A stretch of DNA of 64,000 nt from Methanobacteriota archaeon (GTDB lineage: Archaea > Thermoplasmatota > E2 > DHVEG-1). The notes under the pieces were generated by a model that ran no database searches, had not been told where the DNA came from, and saw nothing but the letters and a program-made list of their open reading frames with translations. The translations under genes were made by a program, and so were the position numbers. Below, piece by piece: positions 49,553 to 59,529 of the stretch. The DNA is taken from assembly GCA_963769885.1 (NCBI GenBank), contig CAVYNH010000006.1, positions 416,001 to 480,000 on the forward strand. Reading direction: 5' to 3'. Positions within the stretch are counted from its first letter, which is position 1. Each line of letters opens with the position of its first letter.

Positions 49553-50503
49553 ATGACCCGGGATGCCGACGCCGCGTACCTCCACCTTCTCGACTATACC
49601 ACCATCCAGCCCGTCTTCATCCTTGGCCTCCACCGCAGCGGCACCACCATCCTCTACCAGACCCTCCAAGACACCGGCCTCTTCAACACCGTCACCACCT
49701 ACCACATCCTCAACTACGACTCCCTCCTCGCCACCCACGCCCAAGGACACGATACCCAAGAGCAACACGCCCTCGCAGAGATATTCAACACCCTCGGCAT
49801 CGCCACACGGCGCACCGACACCATCCCCATCACCCCCACCACCACCCAAGAATACGCCTACCTCTACACCCAACACGGCCACCCCCCACACACCACCACC
49901 GCCAACCACCACCTCCTCGACACCCTCTGCAAAAAGATCCAATACATCCAAGGCAACACCAAACCCATCCTGCTCAAGAACCCCAGCGACTTCCCCCACT
50001 TCCTCCAACTCAAAACCCTCTTCCCCGCCGCCCGCTTCATCTTCATCCACCGCGACCCCCTCAACGTCATGGACTCCACGCTGCGCGCCTGGCGCACCCT
50101 CTACCACACCCGCAACCCCTACACCGCCCTCTTCAGCCCCCACTACCGCCGCGCCTACGACAACCCCCTCCTGCGCACCCTCACCCGCCTCTACTACGCA
50201 CCCCCTCTTCCCCCCGGCCTCATCACCACCACCCACACCGCCAACCGCACCCTCACCCACTACCTCACCCACATCCACCAACTCCCCGCCTCGGACTTCA
50301 CCGCGATCCGCTACGAAGACCTCTGCTCCGACACCACCCCCACCATTACCCAGATCCTCCACACCCTCAACCTCCCCACCCCACCCAGCCTCCCCTCAAG
50401 ACTCACCCCCCGAGACCTCCCCCTCCTACCAGAAACCGCCCGCCTTCAACACTACATCACCACTACCACGGCCGCCTACCGGACCGCGCTCTCTTATACC
50501 TAA
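49553..50503 (+). CDS. Sulfotransferase family protein
   Basis: PVFILGLHRSGTT PAPS-binding loop, LLKNP, FIFIHRDP, IRYEDL. Confidence 0.85.
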   Translation: MTRDADAAYLHLLDYTTIQPVFILGLHRSGTTILYQTLQDTGLFNTVTTYHILNYDSLLATHAQGHDTQEQHALAEIFNTLGIATRRTDTIPITPTTTQEYAYLYTQHGHPPHTTTANHHLLDTLCKKIQYIQGNTKPILLKNPSDFPHFLQLKTLFPAARFIFIHRDPLNVMDSTLRAWRTLYHTRNPYTALFSPHYRRAYDNPLLRTLTRLYYAPPLPPGLITTTHTANRTLTHYLTHIHQLPASDFTAIRYEDLCSDTTPTITQILHTLNLPTPPSLPSRLTPRDLPLLPETARLQHYITTTTAAYRTALSYT

Positions 50504-50545
50504 GAACGAAACCCAGATAAATCAGGCCATCCTAATACAATCCGC

Positions 50546-51613
50546 ATGACCCACCACCCCTGGGCATACAGCCTCACCCTCCTTCTCCTTCTCCCCGCAG
50601 CCGCCGCCCTACCCCCAGCGACAACCACACACAACGGGGACTTCTACTACACCTACGACACCCTCACCAGCCTCCTCCAGCAACTCCCCACCCAATACCC
50701 TACTCTTGTGAACGTCTCCAGCATCGGCACCACCAGAGACCACCACCAGCTCTGGGTCATCACGGTCACCGACAACGTCACCATCGACGAACACGAACCC
50801 CAGATCCTCTACCTCGGCGGCCTCCACGGCAACGAAAAAGCAGGCTACCAAGTCGTCATCACCACCCTCCTCTCCATCCTCCAAAACTACACCACCTCAC
50901 ACGTCAACGACACCTTCACCGCCCGCATCCGCCACATCGTCAACACCACCGTCCTCTACTTCATCCCCATGGCCAACCCCGACGGCATCACCGCCGACAC
51001 CCGCAAGAACACCAGACCCACCGACACCCCCTTCACCGGCGTCGACATCAACCGCAACTTCCCCTCCCACTGGGACCTCTACGACCTCCACCCCTTCCGC
51101 TACACCTTCGGCTTCTTCCCCAAACGACTCGTCCGCACCACCGTCAAATACCCAGGCCTCGACACCCGCACCATCATCCACGAAGGAACCTACCGCGGCC
51201 CCGCCCCCCTCAGCGAAAACGAAACCCGCGCCCTCGACACCTTCGCCGCCGACCACCACCTCCGCATCAGCGTCGACTACCACACCTTCAGCCAAACCAT
51301 CATCTACCCCTGGTTCTGGACCAAGACCCCTGCCAACGACTCCGCCACCTTCCAGGCCATCGCCGCCAACATCTCAGCCATCGACCACTACCGCATCATC
51401 CAGGGCGCAGACTGGTACTACGTCATCGGCAACATCGAAGACTGGTACTACCAGCAGTACCATATCCTCCCCTTCTGCATCGAAGTAGGACTCATCGATC
51501 TGCCTTCCTACATCAACAACGAAAAAATAATCAATGACATCTGCCACACCCACCTCCTCGTCAACCTCTACCTCGCTGAACAAGCCCAGAGCGTTGGGGA
51601 AACCCAAGGCTAA
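50546..51613 (+). CDS. Secreted M14 zinc carboxypeptidase
   Basis: Signal peptide, LHGNE, ANPDG, GVDINRNF, SENET, DYHTFS, CIEVG. Confidence 0.88.
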   Translation: MTHHPWAYSLTLLLLLPAAAALPPATTTHNGDFYYTYDTLTSLLQQLPTQYPTLVNVSSIGTTRDHHQLWVITVTDNVTIDEHEPQILYLGGLHGNEKAGYQVVITTLLSILQNYTTSHVNDTFTARIRHIVNTTVLYFIPMANPDGITADTRKNTRPTDTPFTGVDINRNFPSHWDLYDLHPFRYTFGFFPKRLVRTTVKYPGLDTRTIIHEGTYRGPAPLSENETRALDTFAADHHLRISVDYHTFSQTIIYPWFWTKTPANDSATFQAIAANISAIDHYRIIQGADWYYVIGNIEDWYYQQYHILPFCIEVGLIDLPSYINNEKIINDICHTHLLVNLYLAEQAQSVGETQG

Positions 51614-52396
51614 TCGCTCACCTGTTTTTCCAAGACCTTCCGCGCGAACGTCAAGTACCCCGTATGGCCCAGCATGTCGAAACTCGGCCGCGTCCCTCGA
51701 TCCGAGACGACCATCTCCCGCTGGATATTCTCAAGCGTCCGACATTCAATGAACAGAAGCCCCCGGATCTCCTTCACCGTCTGCTCGACTTGGGAGATTA
51801 GCGGAGAGTAGGAACATAGGTACCCCCCAACCTTCAATGCCGCCCAGGCATGCGCGACCGCCGCCCACGGCGTCGGGATATCCAGGATGACGGCATCGAG
51901 GTCCCGCTCCTCAATCCCCGCGGTCACATCCTGCAGGCGCATGGCCACCAGCGACGCCAGGTCCGCCATCTCCAGGTTCGTCTTGGCGTGCTCAAGGAAA
52001 TCCTCACGGATATCATACGAGACGACCCGGCCGCTCGGCGCGACCGCCGTGGCCAGAGCCATCGTCAACGAGCCTGAGCCGATGCCCGCCTCCAGCACCG
52101 TCTGCCCAGCCTCAATCCCACAGGTACATAATAATCTGCGCCGCGTCCCGCGGGAGGATCACCTGCGCCCGGCGACGCAGCCCATGCATCTTATCCAAGA
52201 CCGAGGGGACGAGGACCCAGAAGAGCTTGGAGCCGATCCGGATCTGGCTGCCGTACACCGCGCCGACGAGCGAAGCGGGGTTCAAGACGCCGACGCCACG
52301 GATCCGGTCGGTCTTCCCGTTTGTATCAACCAGGATCTTCCGAAAACCCCCGTCCACGAGGACGACCCGGTCCCCGGCGGCCACGGTCCGGCTCAC
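51610..52396 (-). CDS. trmI: tRNA (adenine57/58-N1)-methyltransferase; +1 frameshift at 52123-52124
   Basis: LRRRAQVILPRDAAQI then CGIEAGQTVLEAGIGSGSLT, ILDIPTPW, RPSFDMLGHTGYL. Confidence 0.88.
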
Positions 52397-53433
52397 GCCT
52401 TCCACCTCGACCAATCGACCACCGAGCCGAAGGTCAGCTGCTCATGATCCCACTGATCCTGCCAAAGCTCTTTGCACGGACAGGCGAGATCGTCAAAGAC
52501 AGAGGGATCTTGATGCAGGGAGAACGCGCTGATCGCATCCAATATTTTCTTGTCGCACTCCCCGCAGTTATGTGGCCCTCGCTGGCTACCGCCGCCAACT
52601 GTGTCGCATTTGAGATGACCGGGGAAAAGCTGATGACCCTGCCGCAGCACCTCGACCAGCGTCCAGAGCCAGGGAGGGCGGTATTCGTCCCGGCGCCAGA
52701 GGAACTCGACAAGCGTGTGCCGCTGAATCGTGACTGGGTTCAAAGAAACAACATTGGTCAAAGGCGCAATAGCTCGAATACTCTCAATATTGTCTTCACC
52801 GGCCTCCTGCTCGGTGAGGAACGGGGGCTTTGATAGTAGATAGGTTTTCACCGACATCCTTTGCTTCTTCAAGAGGAGCGCGGCGGCCTTATACTGTTCG
52901 AAGGAAAACCCCTTGTTGATGGCATGCTCGCGGACGAAGTCGTTTGCGGTCTCGAGGCCGATGCCGATTTCGAAGACACGCGGATCAATACTCTTATGGA
53001 TCTGTTCCAGGGCCTCTGCGGTAATATATTCAGGGCGTGATTCCACTGCGATTTTTGAGGCTTTGGAGAATGCCGTGAGGATTGCTTCCCTCGATTTTTT
53101 TGAGAGCTCGCAATCATCGAGGAAGCTTCCTGAATTGAAGATCTTCACCAGAGGCTCACCGTGGTAGTCTTTTAGGGCGGCCTGGATCTGCTTTTCGATG
53201 TTTTCATCCGTGACCGGTCCTGCGGCGCTGTCGTTACCGTAGCCGCACATGGTGCAGCCGGAGTGATGCGCCCAGGAGCATCCAGGGGTGACGAAGATGA
53301 CGACAAACGCGTCGACAACCTCACTGTCCAGACAATCCTTCTCCGTCCACCAGCGGACCGGCCGGGTTACGGAGACTCGGTCGTGTGGGCGGGAGGCTTG
53401 GAAGGTCTTGCAGAGGTCCGACAGTTGGCTCAT
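52393..53433 (-). CDS. Archaeosine biosynthesis radical SAM protein RaSEA
   Basis: GCSWAHHSGCTMCG (Cx6Cx2C), KIFNSGSFLD, VESRPE, IGLETAND, KPPFLTE, YRPPWLW, RGPHNCGECD. Confidence 0.88.
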   Translation of the reverse strand: MSQLSDLCKTFQASRPHDRVSVTRPVRWWTEKDCLDSEVVDAFVVIFVTPGCSWAHHSGCTMCGYGNDSAAGPVTDENIEKQIQAALKDYHGEPLVKIFNSGSFLDDCELSKKSREAILTAFSKASKIAVESRPEYITAEALEQIHKSIDPRVFEIGIGLETANDFVREHAINKGFSFEQYKAAALLLKKQRMSVKTYLLSKPPFLTEQEAGEDNIESIRAIAPLTNVVSLNPVTIQRHTLVEFLWRRDEYRPPWLWTLVEVLRQGHQLFPGHLKCDTVGGGSQRGPHNCGECDKKILDAISAFSLHQDPSVFDDLACPCKELWQDQWDHEQLTFGSVVDWSRWKA

Positions 53434-54557
53434 TTCTTGTGTTTCTTCTTGCGGAGGACGAGGATGACGAGGGTGAGCGCACCGAGGGCGACGAGGACCT
53501 CGAAGCCGGGGGTGACCCCCTGGATGGTGGGCTTCGGCAGGGCGTAGTTCGGCGTGGGGTCAGCGGTGGCTCCAATCGCCGAATCAGTGCCCGTCGAGAA
53601 GGGGTAGGGGAGGCTGGAGGTGACGTTGTTGGCGTAGCGTATGGGGCTGTTGAGGAAGTAGTGGGTGGCCTCGGCGTAGAGTCGGATGCTGAGGTTGCTG
53701 TTTGGCGTCCAGCCGTGGAACTCGGGGGTGGTCTGGTAGTGTTCTGCGTCAATGCGGGTGGCGTTGATTTCGGCGCCGTTGTTGATGCGGTAGTAGACGC
53801 GGAAGTTCTCCTTGCTGATGCGGGGGTCTACCCTGATGGAGATGATGTCGCCGCTCTTAATGCCGAGGGGGCTTGAGGAGGTGATACTGAGGGTGTCGTT
53901 TGTGTAGGTGAAGTTGCCAGTGACAATGGTATGGTGTCCGCTGGGGTCGGCAGCGGTGAGGGTGCAGTTGTAGGTGCCCAGGGTCGTGGTGTTTTGGGTG
54001 TAGAGGAATTGGAGGACGCCGTTTTGGTATGAGGTTGTCGGTGTATGTGTTTGTCCTTGGGGGTCGGTGTAGGTGAAGGTGACGGATTGGACTTTGACGT
54101 TGTCGGTGATGCTGGCGGCGATGAGGATGGTGCCCCCTGGTGTCTGGGTGCCGGGGAGGGCGACGGCTTGGATTTGGGGGGGTTCGCTGTCGTAGAAGGG
54201 TGGGTTGACGAGGACGATGAGGATGAGGAGCCAGGTGAAGAAGTAGGTGGCGATGGCGGTGAGCCATTTGCTGCGTCCGAAGTCGGTGAGGTCGATGTTG
54301 AGTCTGGTGAAGAGGTAGCGGAGCCAGACGGTGTTGACGAGGGCGAAGAGGAGGATGAGTTCCCATTGGAGGAAGTTGCCGGTGAGGAGGGTCCAGAAGC
54401 CGAAGCTGATGAGGGCGATGAGGATGCCGAGGAGGAAGCTGATGAAGATGGTTTTGATGTTGCGTTTTTCTTTGGTGATGAATTTTTGTTCGTCGAAGGG
54501 GGGGATTTTGAAGTCTGGTTCTTCGGTGGGGGCTTCTTCTTTGTAGCGCTTTGCCAT
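53430..54557 (-). CDS. Membrane protein with C-terminal PGF-CTERM sorting signal
   Basis: Three N-terminal TM helices, extracellular beta domains, ends VTPGFEVLVALGALTLVILVLRKKKHKK. Confidence 0.8.
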   Translation of the reverse strand: MAKRYKEEAPTEEPDFKIPPFDEQKFITKEKRNIKTIFISFLLGILIALISFGFWTLLTGNFLQWELILLFALVNTVWLRYLFTRLNIDLTDFGRSKWLTAIATYFFTWLLILIVLVNPPFYDSEPPQIQAVALPGTQTPGGTILIAASITDNVKVQSVTFTYTDPQGQTHTPTTSYQNGVLQFLYTQNTTTLGTYNCTLTAADPSGHHTIVTGNFTYTNDTLSITSSSPLGIKSGDIISIRVDPRISKENFRVYYRINNGAEINATRIDAEHYQTTPEFHGWTPNSNLSIRLYAEATHYFLNSPIRYANNVTSSLPYPFSTGTDSAIGATADPTPNYALPKPTIQGVTPGFEVLVALGALTLVILVLRKKKHKK

Positions 54558-54625
54558 GTGAGGCCCTGAAGCCGTCACTGTTTAAAAATGTTGTTTCAGT
54601 GGTTCTTCCTGGCGGCGTGGTGGGG

Positions 54626-56128
54626 TTAGAGGAATTCGATGCTGGTGGGGAGTGTGTCGAGGTAGCGGGTGAAGCCTTTGGGCCAGTGGTCGGGGTTGAG
54701 GCCTTTCTGGGCGAGGAAGGCGGCGGTCCAGCGCTCTAAGCCGATGCCGCTGCAGCCGCTCCAGAGCGCACTTTTCTGTGCTTTGATGGTGAAGGCGCTG
54801 ACGTATTTGTCGCCGAGGATGCTGAGGTTCTGGAATTCAAGCCATTCGCTGTCTTTTCTGGTGCCGCGGTAGGGCATGTAGGCTTCGAAGTCCATGGTGC
54901 CGGTTTCTTGGTTGCCGGTGTCGCCTGCTTTTCCGGCTTGTTGCATGTACCAGGGGGTGACCCAGGCCATGCGCCATTCGAGGTCGAAGACGTCGTTGAA
55001 GACGTGCTTGTAGCGGTCGAGGAGTTTTTCGCGCAGGTCAAGGAGCTGCTCTCGGGTGCCGATGTAGACGGGTTCGATGCGGTGGAACTCGTCGACGCGT
55101 TCGATGCCGTGCCGTCCGCCGGACTCGTACCGGCCGCTGATGGCGGTGCGGTCGTAGACCAGGACCGGGAGTGAGGAGTCGGCGATGGTCTTTCCTTTGA
55201 AGCTCCAGTAAATCATGGGGCATTGGGCGTAGCAGATGCCGGCGGTCGGGGGGCTGAGGTTTTTCATGAGGAGGTCGGTGGGGATGTCTTTGGTGATCTT
55301 GGTGTGGTCGATGAACTCCTGCCAGGGTTCGACGTCGCGGGTCGCAGGCTCAGCGACGTAGTAGATCTCCATGGGCATGCCTTCGAGGTGGCCGGTCTTC
55401 AGCCAGATGTCGAAGGGGACGATGTGGGATTCGATGACTTCCTGGAAGCCGAGGGGCTTGAGGACTTCGTCGATGGCGATGCGTTCCATGGTCTTGAGGA
55501 TGGCGGCGGCCTGGGGGCGGTAGAACCATTTGCCTTTGGTGGGGCCTTGTTTGAGCCAGCCGCGCTGCTCCATCTCCTCGGTGGGGTCCTTGGCCCAGGC
55601 CGGTTTTTTCTCCGGGGATGCCCAGATGAGTTTCCAGAACTCGGCCTTGCCTTCGTAGAACTGGTTGTCGACCTTGTCCTTGACCACGGTGATCATGCGG
55701 TCGATGTAGTTGCGCTGCAGGAACTCCTCCGTCGCATCTGTTAGGGTGAGCGTCACGGTCTTGTCAGTGATCTGAACGGAGGCGAAGGGGATGGTGACCG
55801 GTTTGAGCGGGGCGTGCTCCAGCTCGAAGGTGATGGTGTACTGGGGGATGGTGATGGACCGGACGCCGAGGTGGTGCGACTTGCCGAACTGGGCGCCGAG
55901 CGCGTTCTTCACCTGCAGGAGCGCGTTGTGCGGCCGCAGGCCGGTCTCCGAGACGATCGTGAGGTGCAGGGTCTTGTCCTTGATCGTCCACGACTCAATC
56001 AGCGCGGTCCGGTTCGGATCCTTCGATAACAGCGTCTCATTGGTCCGGATGAGGAACGCGGTCAGATCCTTCTGAAGGGGTGTGAGGTCCGTGCTGAAGG
56101 AAAGGATTGCGTGCAGTTCGAATTTCAT
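54626..56128 (-). CDS. serS: Serine--tRNA ligase, methanogen (zinc-dependent) type
   Basis: MKFEL alpha/beta N-terminal domain (no coiled coil), DPTEEM, YAQCP, GIERVDEFHRIE, WLEFQN, LWSGCSGIGLERW. Confidence 0.9.
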   Translation of the reverse strand: MKFELHAILSFSTDLTPLQKDLTAFLIRTNETLLSKDPNRTALIESWTIKDKTLHLTIVSETGLRPHNALLQVKNALGAQFGKSHHLGVRSITIPQYTITFELEHAPLKPVTIPFASVQITDKTVTLTLTDATEEFLQRNYIDRMITVVKDKVDNQFYEGKAEFWKLIWASPEKKPAWAKDPTEEMEQRGWLKQGPTKGKWFYRPQAAAILKTMERIAIDEVLKPLGFQEVIESHIVPFDIWLKTGHLEGMPMEIYYVAEPATRDVEPWQEFIDHTKITKDIPTDLLMKNLSPPTAGICYAQCPMIYWSFKGKTIADSSLPVLVYDRTAISGRYESGGRHGIERVDEFHRIEPVYIGTREQLLDLREKLLDRYKHVFNDVFDLEWRMAWVTPWYMQQAGKAGDTGNQETGTMDFEAYMPYRGTRKDSEWLEFQNLSILGDKYVSAFTIKAQKSALWSGCSGIGLERWTAAFLAQKGLNPDHWPKGFTRYLDTLPTSIEFL

Positions 56129-56214
56129 GGGATGCCAGTCCGAATCCCTCCCGGCTACTTAATGCTTATTCATCCATTTGAAGCAGAAGACGGCACGAAA
56201 GAATACTGGCGGGC

Positions 56215-56451
56215 CTACTGTTCTGGCTCCTTTTTTCTCACCACGCCCTCCGCCACCGACACGCACGCCAGATAGTCATCCACGGTGTGCAGCAGCGACG
56301 ACACCGTCGACGCTGACATCGATGCTACGAGGCGGTTCCCGGTCACTGTTGACCTGACGAACCCCTCATCATCAAGCCGTACTGACTCAAGTACCCGATG
56401 CGCCTCCTCCGCCGACCGGAATTCAAGTGACAGCGTGCACTCCACCGTCAT
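56215..56451 (-). CDS. pcc1: KEOPS complex subunit Pcc1
   Basis: 78 aa; EEA..V..SV..DD...SLLHTVDDYL; follows rps15-DHH as in other archaea. Confidence 0.8.
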   Translation of the reverse strand: MTVECTLSLEFRSAEEAHRVLESVRLDDEGFVRSTVTGNRLVASMSASTVSSLLHTVDDYLACVSVAEGVVRKKEPEQ

Positions 56452-57788
56452 CCCTTCACCTGCCCGACCAGGATACGGTCCGTCTTCTCCAAAAACTCCG
56501 CCTCGCGATCACGCGCGATCGTCGCCCCAGCCGCGATCTTATGCCCCCCGCCGTGACCGCCGAGCTCACCACCGACCTGATGCATCGCCGCCCCCAGATC
56601 CAGCCCGCGGTTCACCAGATCTCGGTTCCCCCGGCAGGACACATGCAGCTCGTCATCCTTCCGCGTCAACGCGAACAGCGCCTTATCCGACCCGCAGACG
56701 TACATCGCCGCGATTCCCGCGATGACGCCGCCCAGCGACGAATCATCACTGATGAAATACCGCAATCCTTGGCGCTCGGTCATCGACCCTGGCAGCGCCC
56801 GCAGCGCCGCCAGGATCTTCCCTCGGTACTCCCGTTCGACCGCCTCCGCCATCGACCACACGCCCGCGCCTCCAAGGCAGACCGCCAGCCCGATCCCGCG
56901 ATGCCCGGACTTCCCACAGGCATCGACCACGTCCGCCAACCGCTCCAGATCATAGGGGACAGCCGGGGATCGATACCGCGGCGAGATCATCAAATCCAAC
57001 GCTTCCTTAATGCACCCGGCTTTCATACACAACAGAACCAGGTAGGACTGCAATCGCATGAGCGTATCGCCGCCGAGGTTGTCTACCGGCGTTCCGGGCG
57101 GGATGCCGAGCCGTTGGAGAAGCGCGGCGACCGCCTCCTTATCCCCGGAGATTCCCGGGAAATAGGGGTCGATCGACCAATACAATGCGTCACTCACCGT
57201 CTGGCCCTCAAGCTTGATGCGGGTTTTTTGCGTGACCAGGCCACTGCTCATCGCGCCCTGCACGATATCGCGGTTCACTCCTTGGAACCCGCCCATATGC
57301 TGCCGGTCCCCGATCGCGCCAGACACGGCAAGCCCCACGAGGTCAGCGTTCCCAGGGTTGACCATGGTCGCAAACAGATACGACAGCGTCGACCCACAGA
57401 CCGCATAGTTCCCATCAATCCCGCACAGATTCGAATTCACCTGGATGACCTTGTCTGAGGGCGACTTCGTCTCCGGCTGGTGATGATCCAGGATGATGCT
57501 CTTTCCTTTCAACTTCTCGATGCTGTCCAACTGCCCGCTCCCCATGTCGGAGAACAGGATGAGCGGGTCGTCCTCGGTCATGAGCCGGTCGAACCCCTTC
57601 GTGAACGGGTTGCGCATGAGGGTGGCGAAGAAGTCGTATCCCTCGCGAATCAGCATCCGGCAGAGGATCGCAGCCGCGGCGGTCCCGTCCGCGTCATAGT
57701 GGGAGACCACGCGGACGCGGGTGGACGGGGGAAAAGAGCGGAGAAGTCGGGCCGCTTCTTGGAGCCGGGCAGTAAGGTCCTCTGGCAT
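56448..57788 (-). CDS. DHH/RecJ-like phosphoesterase
   Basis: SHYDADG, SDMGSG, ILDHH, GAIGD, GGGHKIAAGA. Confidence 0.88.
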   Translation of the reverse strand: MPEDLTARLQEAARLLRSFPPSTRVRVVSHYDADGTAAAAILCRMLIREGYDFFATLMRNPFTKGFDRLMTEDDPLILFSDMGSGQLDSIEKLKGKSIILDHHQPETKSPSDKVIQVNSNLCGIDGNYAVCGSTLSYLFATMVNPGNADLVGLAVSGAIGDRQHMGGFQGVNRDIVQGAMSSGLVTQKTRIKLEGQTVSDALYWSIDPYFPGISGDKEAVAALLQRLGIPPGTPVDNLGGDTLMRLQSYLVLLCMKAGCIKEALDLMISPRYRSPAVPYDLERLADVVDACGKSGHRGIGLAVCLGGAGVWSMAEAVEREYRGKILAALRALPGSMTERQGLRYFISDDSSLGGVIAGIAAMYVCGSDKALFALTRKDDELHVSCRGNRDLVNRGLDLGAAMHQVGGELGGHGGGHKIAAGATIARDREAEFLEKTDRILVGQVKG

Positions 57789-57854
57789 GGTCACCCCAAA
57801 TGAATCGGGACACAGGTCCCTGGAAAAGAAAGGAAAACGCTCCTTTCCAATGGT

Positions 57855-58310
57855 TTATTCGAAGAGGAGCTTGGCTTGGTCCAGGCTGTACTTCCAGCCC
57901 TCGGGCAGACGGCCTTCGCGCAGGTAGTACTTGGACAGCCGGCGGATCTTGGACTCGGTGAGCTGCAGGTTGCGCTTGCTCTTGAGGTCTTTTTTGTACC
58001 CATCGATGTGCTTCTTCAGCTTCAGCGCGGTGCGGATCAGGGCCTGCAGGTCCTCGGGGATCTCCGGACGCATCTTATTCTGCTCCAGGATCTTGCTGAC
58101 AGTCTTGCCGGTGGCGACTTTGACGTCCGGGACCGCGTACTGGTCGCGGAGGATCATGCCGATCTGGCTTGAGGTCTTCTCCCCCTTGGCCAGCTCCACG
58201 ATGCGCGTTTCGATCTCCCGGGGGTTCAGTGCGCTCCACTCCGGGTGTTTTTCGCGTAGGGGACGGGTCGAGCCGGATTTGCCTTTCCGGCGAGAATGTA
58301 TTCGCGCCAT
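57855..58310 (-). CDS. rps15: 30S ribosomal protein S15 (uS15)
   Basis: MARIHSRRKGKSGSTRP, IGMILRDQY, IPEDL, ESKIRRL. Confidence 0.97.
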   Translation of the reverse strand: MARIHSRRKGKSGSTRPLREKHPEWSALNPREIETRIVELAKGEKTSSQIGMILRDQYAVPDVKVATGKTVSKILEQNKMRPEIPEDLQALIRTALKLKKHIDGYKKDLKSKRNLQLTESKIRRLSKYYLREGRLPEGWKYSLDQAKLLFE

Positions 58311-58356
58311 TTACAAGCACTCCACTCTGATAGGGAACTCCCTAATCGGCTTCTTC

Positions 58357-58364
58357 TATATAAA
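58357..58364 (-). promoter_or_regulatory. TATA box of the rps15 operon
   Basis: TTTATATA about 47 nt upstream of the ATG. Confidence 0.55.
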
Positions 58365-58496
58365 CGTAGAGGTCACGGCACTGCCTTCTCTTTTTTCTTT
58401 CCATCTCTTGTCCGCGAGGTCGCGTCTTAAAAATAGTCAGGGAAAGTGATAAATAGCTCGAGGTCATATTAAAAAGTAGGTTAGGGAGGACATACA

Positions 58497-59297
58497 ATGC
58501 GAAATGTCTTAGCCATTAGTAGTCTATGTGTTGGAGCTGTCATCATCCTCGCCGGGTTCACCCCCGCTCTCGCGTTAAACCCTCAAACAACCCAGACCGC
58601 ACTCGTCCCCATCGTGGTGGCGCAATACTTCGGAAGCGGACCTGTGTCCTCACGGACTATGGTCACCCCTGCCGATGCCGACAAGATTCAAGCCCTCGCC
58701 TCAGAGCTGTCCCTTGCACTGGACCGCCGTGACATGAGAGCGGCCGCCGACTGCGTAAACGCCCTTAAAGACCTTGGAATCGCGTTCGGGCCGGCGTTTC
58801 TGCCACTGATGAAATCCCAGGATACCCTATCCCGTCTTCCGGCGCTACTAGGGCATCAGGCCAGCACAGGCCCTGACGAGAACCTGTCCAACTCCGCCTG
58901 CATCCTCAAAGCTATCGGGGAAGGAATGATGATCGGCCCGATCGCAGAAAATTTCATCAAACAAGTCGCGGAAATCCTCCACAACGCCTCGGGGGTGCTA
59001 GAAGCGTTGGTTCTCCTTCTCGTCTTCCTGCCCTTAATCGTCCTTTTCATCCTCTTCAATGCCCTCATCCCGTTCCGCATCTTGATGCCGCATGGAACAC
59101 TCGTGTTGGCAAATGGCACGATCTCCACCCGAGGGGCTGAAGGATATAAAAAAGTGGACGTCGGCGCGAACCACGCCCAAGTCAACGTCACCACATTCAC
59201 AGGGATCACCCTGAACATCATCCCAATCAACAATCGCACGGGATTCTGCTTCATCCTCGGCTTCGCAGGAAAAACAGAAGGATTCATCGAAGACTAA
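58497..59297 (+). CDS. Secreted/membrane hypothetical protein
   Basis: GGAGG SD, signal peptide, internal long hydrophobic helix. Confidence 0.65.
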   Translation: MRNVLAISSLCVGAVIILAGFTPALALNPQTTQTALVPIVVAQYFGSGPVSSRTMVTPADADKIQALASELSLALDRRDMRAAADCVNALKDLGIAFGPAFLPLMKSQDTLSRLPALLGHQASTGPDENLSNSACILKAIGEGMMIGPIAENFIKQVAEILHNASGVLEALVLLLVFLPLIVLFILFNALIPFRILMPHGTLVLANGTISTRGAEGYKKVDVGANHAQVNVTTFTGITLNIIPINNRTGFCFILGFAGKTEGFIED

Positions 59298-59529
59298 GTA
59301 CCGCACCCCTTCGAAGTCCACCCCCCCTTCTCTTTTTTTCTTTTCTTTCAATGCTTCAAAGAAAGATCCTTCCATGGCGCCCTCACCGCCAACAATCTAC
59401 TAGCCGAACCAAAAAAGCAGGACCAAAAAAGCCCCTGATCGACACCAGGCGTCACAATCATTAACGATCCCCCCTCACACACCACCAACCCAAGTCTTAA
59501 ATAAACTCACCCCAATTCCACAGCCCACC

